Assembly (NCBI GenBank): GCA_021813145.1
Contig: JAKALS010000001.1
Coordinates: forward strand, 67,515-131,514
Direction of reading: 5' to 3'
Source of the DNA: a bacterium
GTDB lineage: Bacteria; Patescibacteriota; Microgenomatia; Levybacterales; UBA12049
DNA: 64,000 nt
The notes below the pieces were generated by a model. That model was not told the origin of the DNA, searched no databases, and saw only the letters and a list, made by a program, of their open reading frames with translations. The translations under genes and the position numbers were made by a program. Shown piece after piece: positions 56,530 through 64,000 of this stretch; within the stretch, counting starts at the first letter, position 1; every line of letters begins with the position of its first letter.

Positions 56530-56833
56530 TTTGGTAGCCTATTACTGCCATCTCGCACCCTTCGATTGGACCCACCGTCATTGTCATCGAGTGATTAATG
56601 AAATCCTGATTGCTTCCTAATCTATTTCGCACATAAGAAGGGAGAGAGGCCAAGGCTTTATTTTTCTCTCCCAGGCATCCCGCGGCTGTCAAATTTGCGT
56701 TTGTTGTAGGAATTCTCATCGTAAGCCCTAAGCTTATCCCTACATTTAATAACATCAAAACAAAGCCAAGAGTTATTACGACAAAAAATCCCGCAAATCC
56801 TATATGAGGTTTTGGTCCGTCCGATTTTGCCAT
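56489..56833 (-). CDS. Membrane-anchored hypothetical protein
   Basis: N-terminal TM FAGFFVVITLGFVLMLLNVGISLGL. 114 aa. Confidence 0.4.
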   Translation of the reverse strand: MAKSDGPKPHIGFAGFFVVITLGFVLMLLNVGISLGLTMRIPTTNANLTAAGCLGEKNKALASLPSYVRNRLGSNQDFINHSMTMTVGPIEGCEMAVIGYQNGAPSFSIHIAAK

Positions 56834-57141
56834 GACAAAAGATTAGGGTGGAAAATGATTTTTGTCAATGATAATTCTTACAGATTAATCAAATTTTTGA
56901 CCGGAAGATTGGGGACGTGAAGCTCTTTGAGCCCTTGAGTCTAATGCTTGTGCCAAAAAAACAGTCGTAGAGGCGTGCGCTTTCCTTTCGGTTCTGCATA
57001 CAATGTGCTCTGCTAATTTTTGAATAGAATCTCCTGTATGCCTAGATAATTTCAGCTTCTCCATGTGTGATTAATATCACAAATAAGTATATTTCTATAT
57101 ATACGCTTTGTCAATAGGAATTTATGCTATAATTCCGCTGA

Positions 57142-57699
57142 GTGGAAGCAGAAAGTAGACCAAGAAAATTACAGCAAAACGAATTTGAATCCGCCAAGGC
57201 GGAGTATATGCATGTTTTTTGGAGCTTTTTTGAAAAAAACGGTTTGACGATGGAAAAGGCAATCTTTGCATCGAGAGTTCCCAAAGAGCCTTGGATAATT
57301 GCATTTAATTTGAGCACGGAGTCAGAACTAGAAAGCGGAATATTGAGCGCCTTTACGGATGATTTCGGGGGAAGAATAGGCGTACCCGAAAGAATAGATT
57401 TTGGTATGGATAATATAAGAATCACCGCCTTACTCAGTGGTCCTGGGAACCTTAAAGAAGAAAGAGTTATTGAATTTCCCAATACCTATTCTCAGGAATA
57501 TGAGGGAGTTGTAGAAATCGATTTTTCGGGAGACCGTGTTATTGCAGTTGCAAAGAGAGTGAATATGCTAACCGGCGATACCGGTCTTTTAGAATCTCCT
57601 GTTTCAAGAGTTTACAGCCCTTCGCTTTTAAGTGATTTTGCCTCGGTTATTCCGGACTTAATGGGAAAATCCAATGTTGTCTGGACAGGTAAAGTTTAG
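57142..57699 (+). CDS. Hypothetical protein
   Basis: 185-aa ORF. Convergent 4-nt overlap with hisS. Confidence 0.35.
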   Translation: MEAESRPRKLQQNEFESAKAEYMHVFWSFFEKNGLTMEKAIFASRVPKEPWIIAFNLSTESELESGILSAFTDDFGGRIGVPERIDFGMDNIRITALLSGPGNLKEERVIEFPNTYSQEYEGVVEIDFSGDRVIAVAKRVNMLTGDTGLLESPVSRVYSPSLLSDFASVIPDLMGKSNVVWTGKV

Positions 57700-58901
57700 G
57701 ATTTGAGCTTTGCTACAATTTCTTCGAGAGTAAGTTCTTCCTGATTTCCTGTTTGCATATCCTTAAGGATAAAATTATTTTCGTTTGCTATTACTACAAA
57801 GGGTATTCCTTTTTTATCGGCATACTTCAATTGTTTTTCGAGGTCTTTTGTATCTGCAAAAAGTTGCGTGTTTATTCCGTATTCTCTTAAGGTTTCACTG
57901 ATTTTTGGCGAAAACTTGTTTGTATTGGTAACAAGGGCCTTTATTACGGCAAGATTTTGAGGAAAAAGCGAAAGATCTTCCATTGCTTCCATAAGTCTGT
58001 CAAATCCGAAAGCAAGACCGACTGCAGGAATATCTGTTCCGGCGAATATGCCTATAAGATTATCGAATCTTCCTCCTCCGGCAACCGAACCAGCATCGTA
58101 GCCTTGTACCTCTATTTCAAAAATTGTTCCGGTATAGTAATCAAGGCCACGTGCAAGGGTAGGCAGGTACTTTACTTTTTCATCGGGAATTCCGTATTGT
58201 TTAAGCAATAAAAATATTTCGTTCAGGCTTTCATCGGGCTTCGCATTTTTGACATTATCAAGGATCTTTTGCGCTTCTTGCTCATCTATTCCGAGATTTT
58301 TAATTTCCTCTATGACGGCTTCATTGCCTATTTTTTTCAGCTTATCAAGAACTCTTATTACGGAAGTAATATCTTTTTCAGAAATATTCTTTCCGATGAG
58401 CCTATTAAGATTTTGTCTGTTATTCACATATATTACATAATCTAAAAATCCCAAAGCTTCAAGTGATTTTGCTGCAACAGCGATTATTTCCGCATCCGCA
58501 GAAAGGGAAGGGGAGCCTACCGTATCGACATCGCACTGAATAAATTCCCTGTATCTTCCTTTTTGCGTGTTTTCGGCTCTCCAGACATTTTGTATCTGAT
58601 ACCTTTTAAAAGGAAGAGAAATATCATTTCGGTACTGGGAAACAACACGGGCAAGAGGAACCGTCTGATCGTATCTTAAAGCAACTTTTCTCTTTCCCAA
58701 ATCTTCGAATTTGTACATAAGTTTGTCTCCCTCATCCCCGTATTTTCCCGTTAATATCTCTTCGTATTCCAAAGCAGGGGTTTCCAATGGCTCAAAGCCA
58801 TACAACTCAAACACCTTTTTCAAGGTGTTTATTACATACCCACGTTTTTTTGCTTCTTTAGGGAGAAAATCCCTGAATCCCTTAAGTGTCTGAACATTCA
58901 T
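57696..58901 (-). CDS. hisS: Histidine--tRNA ligase
   Basis: Class II motifs. N-terminus MNVQTLKGFRDFLP. GGRFD motif 3. Confidence 0.9.
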   Translation of the reverse strand: MNVQTLKGFRDFLPKEAKKRGYVINTLKKVFELYGFEPLETPALEYEEILTGKYGDEGDKLMYKFEDLGKRKVALRYDQTVPLARVVSQYRNDISLPFKRYQIQNVWRAENTQKGRYREFIQCDVDTVGSPSLSADAEIIAVAAKSLEALGFLDYVIYVNNRQNLNRLIGKNISEKDITSVIRVLDKLKKIGNEAVIEEIKNLGIDEQEAQKILDNVKNAKPDESLNEIFLLLKQYGIPDEKVKYLPTLARGLDYYTGTIFEIEVQGYDAGSVAGGGRFDNLIGIFAGTDIPAVGLAFGFDRLMEAMEDLSLFPQNLAVIKALVTNTNKFSPKISETLREYGINTQLFADTKDLEKQLKYADKKGIPFVVIANENNFILKDMQTGNQEELTLEEIVAKLKS

Positions 58902-58987
58902 ATAGTAATGATATCACAAAGAGCCTCAACTTTCAGTTTTCGGTTTACATTTATTAATAATTGGGAATTATAAATTTTATCTGAAAA

Positions 58988-60007
58988 TTAAGAGGAACTC
59001 TTGGTGGGGTTTATGAAGTAGTGGCCCAGTTCTCTGAAGATTATTCCTATAATTCCCAAAACAGGTACCGCAAATATGGCGCCAATAGGCCCCGCAACTT
59101 TTGCGCCTATAATAAACGATAAAAGTATTATTATCGGATGGAGTTTAAAAGCTTTTCCCAAAAGTCTCGGGCCGAAAGCGTTAAAAGTAAGTTGTTGTAT
59201 GAGAAGAAGTATTACGAATATAAGTATGGCTTTGGTGGGGTTAGCGGGATCGGATATGAGGGCAATTAAAGCCGGGGGAATGATGCCGAGAACGGGACCG
59301 ACAAGAGGGATTATGGTTAAAAGCCCTGCCAGAAGCGAGATAGAAGCGGCAAAATTTATTCCTAAAATCGTTAAAATGATCCATGTCGTTATTCCCGCTA
59401 AGATTCCGAATATTACCTGAACCCTTAAAAAAGAGGCAAAAGTATCATCAATGACTTTTTGTATGAATTTTAAATTATCATGCCATTTTTTAGGCGCAAG
59501 ATTATAGAGTTCATTGTTAATTCTTACCTTGTCTACAATAAAATAAAAAGAGAGTATTAATACCATTAATATAGAAATAAGTGTTTGGGCAACCGAGGGG
59601 ACATAACCTACAAAATTATCGAACGAAGATGCAATGTTAAAATTCCAGGATTGTATAAACCTCGGAGCGGAATGAAGATAAGCCGGAATCAGCGTTGAAA
59701 GTATATAAAATTGCGAAAGGACGGTAGGGATAAAAACAACGGTTGCGACAGTAAATATTGCCGCAATTATTACATAAACAATAAGAGCAGACCATACGAT
59801 AGGAAGTTTTGTTATTTTTGAAAGTCTGTAAGAGGGCGGCTCGAGTATAAAACTCAGAAGCCATGCGAAAATAAGTATGGCGATAACATCAGAAAAGTTT
59901 CCCAAGAATGTCCAAAGAATCTGAAAGAGATAAATGCCGACAGCAATTGTCAGCAGAATCGCCAAAAGTCTGAAAGATGTAAGTTCCTTTTTAAGATCAT
60001 CGAACAT
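58988..60007 (-). CDS. AI-2E family transporter (UPF0118/PerM-like)
   Basis: 8-TM topology. Conserved C-terminal ...GPIGAIFAVPV... Confidence 0.8.
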   Translation of the reverse strand: MFDDLKKELTSFRLLAILLTIAVGIYLFQILWTFLGNFSDVIAILIFAWLLSFILEPPSYRLSKITKLPIVWSALIVYVIIAAIFTVATVVFIPTVLSQFYILSTLIPAYLHSAPRFIQSWNFNIASSFDNFVGYVPSVAQTLISILMVLILSFYFIVDKVRINNELYNLAPKKWHDNLKFIQKVIDDTFASFLRVQVIFGILAGITTWIILTILGINFAASISLLAGLLTIIPLVGPVLGIIPPALIALISDPANPTKAILIFVILLLIQQLTFNAFGPRLLGKAFKLHPIIILLSFIIGAKVAGPIGAIFAVPVLGIIGIIFRELGHYFINPTKSSS

Positions 60008-60017
60008 ATGGCTTATA

Positions 60018-61040
60018 TTATAGATAATAAATCTTGTTAGGGGAATGAGTCAACTTTTTAAGCCCTTTGGCTGTTAAAAAGAACAAATCTTCAATTCTTA
60101 TTCCGCCCCAACCGTTTATGTAAATACCGGGTTCAATTGAAAATACCATGCCGAGTTTTAATAAATCTTTACTTGTTGGAGATATACTTGGAGCTTCGTG
60201 GACTTCTATTCCGATACCGTGTCCTAAGGAATGAGGTATAGAATCAAAATCCTTTTTTACGATAAATTCACGGGCAGATTTATCTACGGCACTTGCTTTC
60301 AGTTTTCCTTTGGCAGCCAGGTATTCTTTATTTATTTTTTCTGTTGCCGTTTTTTGAGCTCTAAGAACGGTTAAGTATATGTCCTCAAATTTTTTATTCC
60401 TTTTCCCGTAAAAAAGAGTCCTTGTCATATCGGAGCAATACCCTTTGTAATTTACCCCGAAATCCAAAAGTATAATTTCTTCTTTTCTTAATCTTCTTTT
60501 GGAATTCTGATGATGGGGAATTGCTGAGTTATTCCCAAAAGCGACAATGGGCTTAAAAGATATTTTTGCATTTTGTCCTAAGATGAATATTTCTATCATG
60601 GATGCAAGCTCTTCCTCGGTTACTCCTTTTCTGATGTTCTTGAGTAAGTAATTAAATGTAATATCTCCTATCTTGCAGGCTTTTCGGATATTTCTTATCT
60701 CGTTTGCGTTTTTAATTTCCCTAAGTTTTAGAACAGGCGAGGAGGAAGGTTTTAAGTTACCGAAGACTTTTTTGAATTTTTTGTATTCCGAGAAACTCAA
60801 GGAGAAATCTTCAAATACGAGTTCTTTTACTCTCTCTTTTTTGAGTATTTCCAGAAAATATTTATTTTCCAGAATCTTAAAATTTTTCAGATGTTTTACT
60901 TCCTCAAGATATCTCTTATCGGTAAAAAGATATTTTTTGTTTTTAAAAAGAAGTATTTTTGCGTCCTTTTCTTCTCCCAAAAATCCCGGATACTGTGTGA
61001 GGTAAAAAACGTTCCGGGGAGAGTCTATAAGGAATACCAT
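60018..61040 (-). CDS. M24 family metallopeptidase (Xaa-Pro aminopeptidase / prolidase-like)
   Basis: HSLGHGIGIEVHE metal-binding region. Pita-bread C-domain. Confidence 0.85.
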   Translation of the reverse strand: MVFLIDSPRNVFYLTQYPGFLGEEKDAKILLFKNKKYLFTDKRYLEEVKHLKNFKILENKYFLEILKKERVKELVFEDFSLSFSEYKKFKKVFGNLKPSSSPVLKLREIKNANEIRNIRKACKIGDITFNYLLKNIRKGVTEEELASMIEIFILGQNAKISFKPIVAFGNNSAIPHHQNSKRRLRKEEIILLDFGVNYKGYCSDMTRTLFYGKRNKKFEDIYLTVLRAQKTATEKINKEYLAAKGKLKASAVDKSAREFIVKKDFDSIPHSLGHGIGIEVHEAPSISPTSKDLLKLGMVFSIEPGIYINGWGGIRIEDLFFLTAKGLKKLTHSPNKIYYL

Positions 61041-61814
61041 TTATTTTACAATGGGAGTTAATCTCACTCCGCTTCCCGTAGATGGAATCGTCGATGCGTT
61101 GGGATTAAGTGCGGGAACAACATTTATCTTGGGGCTCGTCGCAACATCGGGTAAAAGAATTACTACGGTGGCGATTATATGAGAAGGGTTTTGCTTATCC
61201 GGATATCCTTGGACAACAGCCATTTCACCCTGTTGTATTTTTGAAAATCCCGATGTAATAAGTGAGCCTGCGGTATAAGAATAAGTTTTTGTAACTACCT
61301 CTACATCTATAAATACCTGTTTATCTTCTTCAGTCGCTATATAAAAATTAAAGTTTTTATTATCTATCGAAGAAACGGCTCCCGTAACCGTTTTAGGAAT
61401 ATTAAGAACCGTAACGTCTCTGGCTAAAATCCTTTCGGACTGCTTATTGTAAAGACCTAGTATTCCAAGTTGCATGCCACTCGTGATATCGGAAATTCCG
61501 AAATCCGTACCCGATACGTTTGGATTTGAAAATTTGGTAAGCTCGTCTACATCTATATATCTGGTGTTTCCCAAAAGATCGGTAACGGTTATTTGGGTGT
61601 CGTTGACATCGCTTACTTTTCCTATTATTCCTTTTTTTTCAACAAGATTAAGCTGGGCTACTTTTGATGCTATATTAGTTTTTAATTCTTGTAACTGTTG
61701 TTGGATTACAGAGTCCGAGGGAGACGGGCTTGCGCTTTGAGCATATGTCATATCTTTAGAAAAGATAAAAGCGGTTGCCGTAATTAAAATTAGAGTAATT
61801 AAAAATTTTTTCAT
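61041..61814 (-). CDS. Secreted hypothetical protein
   Basis: Signal peptide MKKFLITLILITATAFIFS. Confidence 0.45.
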   Translation of the reverse strand: MKKFLITLILITATAFIFSKDMTYAQSASPSPSDSVIQQQLQELKTNIASKVAQLNLVEKKGIIGKVSDVNDTQITVTDLLGNTRYIDVDELTKFSNPNVSGTDFGISDITSGMQLGILGLYNKQSERILARDVTVLNIPKTVTGAVSSIDNKNFNFYIATEEDKQVFIDVEVVTKTYSYTAGSLITSGFSKIQQGEMAVVQGYPDKQNPSHIIATVVILLPDVATSPKINVVPALNPNASTIPSTGSGVRLTPIVK

Positions 61815-61816
61815 AT

Positions 61817-62245
61817 TTAAAATTGTTCGGTTGAATAGGTTACGGTCCTTTGTGCCGTTTGAGAAAGGCCGTCGGGACCAAAAGATATTACTTGTAAAAG
61901 ATTTTCTCCGTTATCGAGTGTTATTGTTGTGGAAAAGTCTCCCTGCTGGGAAGGTTGTACGACTTGATGGGAAGAGGAGGTAAGAATAACAACCGTGGCT
62001 CCGGGCACTGTTTTTCCGGAGACAGCCAATACCTTATCCGTTACGACAGATTCGTCCTGCGGATTATCAAGGCTTAAATAAACGCCCATAGGAGTAGCGC
62101 TCGGAGTCGGAGACTTTATCGCGACGGTCTTTAATTTTGAGGCAGGTATTGTTTTTGTCCCCTGATAGAGGTAGAAAGCTACTCCCGCTACCAATAGCCC
62201 TATAAGAACCATGACAAACGAAAGTATCACTCTTTCTTGTTTCAT
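61817..62245 (-). CDS. Membrane-anchored hypothetical protein
   Basis: ATG at 62245 (MKQERVILSF...). The ORF track's 62314 start is a TTG codon. Confidence 0.4.
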   Translation of the reverse strand: MKQERVILSFVMVLIGLLVAGVAFYLYQGTKTIPASKLKTVAIKSPTPSATPMGVYLSLDNPQDESVVTDKVLAVSGKTVPGATVVILTSSSHQVVQPSQQGDFSTTITLDNGENLLQVISFGPDGLSQTAQRTVTYSTEQF

Positions 62246-62317
62246 ATTCGGTAAGTCATGATAATAAAAATTGATTATCTTGTCAAGGAAAAAAAGATAT
62301 GCTACTATGACCAAATG

Positions 62318-62833
62318 GAAGTATCGCTTCTTGATGCATCATCAATAAGAATAAAAAGTAAAAGAACGACGATCGTGGTAGACCCCCAGGAGAAAACTCC
62401 GAAAACTCCCGCCGACGCTATCTTGGCATTGTCTGATTCTTACAGTATCGCAAAGATCCCCGATTTTAGGGTAGTCATAAAAGCGCCGGGCGATTATGAA
62501 GTCGGAGGAGTAAAAATTTCGGGTATAAATCCGGAAGGTCCGACCGTTTTTGATATGAACGTCGACGGAGTCGAGCTTTTACTTGCAAGAACAAGTTCCA
62601 TGACAAAAGTAACGGATAAGATAGAGGAGGCCCAGGTCGCAATCTTTAACGCTGACGCGGAGATTAATCCTGCCGTTGTGACAGCGCTGGAGCCAAGAAT
62701 AGTTGTTTTATACGGGGAAAAGGCAGAAGAAGCAGCAAGGGCTCTCGGAAAAGACACTGTAGAAAAGGTATCGAGATTAAGCGCTGTAAGCGGAAAATTG
62801 CCCGAAGAAATGCAAGTCATAATCTTAAAGTGA
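62318..62833 (+). CDS. Hypothetical protein
   Basis: Start at MEVSLLDASSIRIK. The ORF track's start at 62258 would overlap the divergent gene. Confidence 0.35.
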   Translation, partial: EVSLLDASSIRIKSKRTTIVVDPQEKTPKTPADAILALSDSYSIAKIPDFRVVIKAPGDYEVGGVKISGINPEGPTVFDMNVDGVELLLARTSSMTKVTDKIEEAQVAIFNADAEINPAVVTALEPRIVVLYGEKAEEAARALGKDTVEKVSRLSAVSGKLPEEMQVIILK

Positions 62834-62913
62834 GTTTTACGGCTTCTTGATTTTGTTTCCGATTGATTTCTTTAAAAAAAAGAGTTATTGTAAATTGCTG
62901 ATTGTTGTTATTT

Positions 62914-64000
62914 ATGACAAATCCAAAACTTCCTCCAAGCAATGAAGAGGCAGAAAGAAGTGTCCTTGGATCAGTCCTCATAGACAAGGATGCAATTAGC
63001 TTGGTTTCCGAAGTATTGGGCCCCAAGGATTTTTATAACGATATAAACGGGATGATTTACGGTGCAATGCTTTCCCTCTACGATGAAAGAAAACCAATAG
63101 ATATCCTTACGTTAACGGCAGAGCTTAAAAAAAATAAGACAGACGGTAAAGTGGAAACCTCCTATCTTGGCTCTCTGGTAGATGAAGTTCCAACTGCGGC
63201 AAACGTGGAGCAGTATGCACGACTTATTAAGGAGTCTTCTACAAAAAGGTCGTTGATACATATAGGAACCCAAATTGCAGAAATGGGCTACGATAATGAA
63301 AAGGAACCCGCGGAGCTTCTTGACAGAGCGGAAAGTTCAATTTTTGCTGTTTCTCAAGGACACAATATAAAAGGTTTTACGCAAATTAAAGAAAATCTTG
63401 CTGCAAGTTTTGACAGAATCGACGAACTGCATAAAAAAGGAGCAGGGTATAGGGGAGTTCAGACTGGTTTTGTTGATTTAGATAACGTTCTTTCGGGTAT
63501 GCAGGCCTCGAATCTTCTTATTCTGGCGGCAAGGCCAGGACAGGGAAAAACCGCTATGGTGGTAAATATTGCGCAAAATGTCGCTGTGGCGCAGAAAAGA
63601 CCAGTAGGGATATTTTCCCTGGAAATGAGCGAGGAAGAACTCGTAGACAGGCTTTTGATAGGACAAGCAGATGTTGACGCCTGGAAATTAAAGACAGGAA
63701 GGCTTGCAGAAAGCGATTTTACAAAATTATCCCAGGCGATGGGAGAACTGGCGGAGGCACCGATATTTATAGATGACACGCCCGGAATTTCCATATCCGA
63801 GATGAGGACTAAGGCAAGAAGACTCCAACTCGAGCAACATATAGAACTTCTTATAGTCGATTATCTTCAACTTGCTGATCCGGGTAGAAGATACGACAAC
63901 AGGGTGCAGGAAGTCTCGATTGTTTCGCAGGGAATGAAAAATCTTGCAAGAGAACTTAAGATTCCCGTAATTGCATGCTCACAGCTTTCAAGGGCGGTTG
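62914..64000 (+). CDS. dnaB: Replicative DNA helicase DnaB (3' end outside window)
   Basis: N-terminal domain (EAERSVLGSVLID). Walker A ARPGQGKTAMVVN. Walker B LLIVDYLQL. No intein in the portion present. Confidence 0.9.
   Translation, partial: MTNPKLPPSNEEAERSVLGSVLIDKDAISLVSEVLGPKDFYNDINGMIYGAMLSLYDERKPIDILTLTAELKKNKTDGKVETSYLGSLVDEVPTAANVEQYARLIKESSTKRSLIHIGTQIAEMGYDNEKEPAELLDRAESSIFAVSQGHNIKGFTQIKENLAASFDRIDELHKKGAGYRGVQTGFVDLDNVLSGMQASNLLILAARPGQGKTAMVVNIAQNVAVAQKRPVGIFSLEMSEEELVDRLLIGQADVDAWKLKTGRLAESDFTKLSQAMGELAEAPIFIDDTPGISISEMRTKARRLQLEQHIELLIVDYLQLADPGRRYDNRVQEVSIVSQGMKNLARELKIPVIACSQLSRAV

Noticed and set aside
61817-62314. Full-length 165-aa ORF start at 62314
   Set aside because: The codon at that position is TTG and the extension overlaps the divergent gene. 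The internal ATG at 62245 is more plausible. The ORF track evidently allows non-ATG starts, so other long N-terminal extensions (17069, 38081-39217, 19707) were treated with the same caution.
1-64000. CRISPR arrays, tRNA, rRNA, tmRNA, transposases and integrases
   Set aside because: By eye I found no periodic direct repeats, no GGTTCGAATCC-type T-loop or its reverse complement, and no recognisable IS, transposase or integrase ORFs. An Infernal or tRNAscan run would be needed to be definitive.

Overview
This 64-kb window is from a low-GC genome of roughly 38-40% GC. Genes are densely packed and many use a strong GGAGGTGA-type Shine-Dalgarno motif. Most of it is housekeeping: dnaX-ybaB-prs-recR, cysS, a split transketolase, rpsF-ssb-rpsR, prfA, rpmE, hisS, murB, ychF, ctpA, htrA and a partial dnaB. 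The remainder is a large complement of hypothetical secreted or membrane proteins rich in Ser, Thr and Asn. The reduced gene set suggests a small-genome bacterium, possibly of the CPR/Patescibacteria type, although no rRNA is present to confirm this. I found no rRNA, tRNA, CRISPR array, transposase or integrase by eye.

The most interesting content is (1) a contiguous flavin-based membrane redox module at 20.8-26.4 kb, comprising an FAD-linked oxidase, a secreted FMN-binding-domain protein, an ApbE flavin transferase, a membrane RnfD/NqrB-like domain fused to an FNR-like FAD/NAD(P) reductase, and a convergent luciferase-like oxidoreductase. (2) At 8.8-10.2 kb there is an orphan full-length cytochrome b/b6 homolog with conserved bis-His spacing and no Rieske or cytochrome c partner in the window. 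(3) At 52.2-55.3 kb there is a block of six to seven co-oriented hypothetical genes, one pair translationally coupled by an ATGA overlap. (4) At 14.0-15.0 kb a Cas4/RecB-like PD-(D/E)XK nuclease with a Cys4 cluster motif is translationally coupled to a small ORF and sits among hypothetical genes. (5) Two unusually GC-rich non-coding-looking segments occur at 5.5-5.7 kb and 7.6-7.85 kb.

Other features are an ECF sigma/anti-sigma pair, a Crp-family regulator, a PadR regulator, an OmpR/histidine-kinase pair next to a MacAB-like tripartite efflux system, CDF and Kef transporters, and several clean rho-independent terminators. Start coordinates from the ORF track are sometimes extended to non-ATG codons. 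Where an ATG with a Shine-Dalgarno motif was visible I used it.
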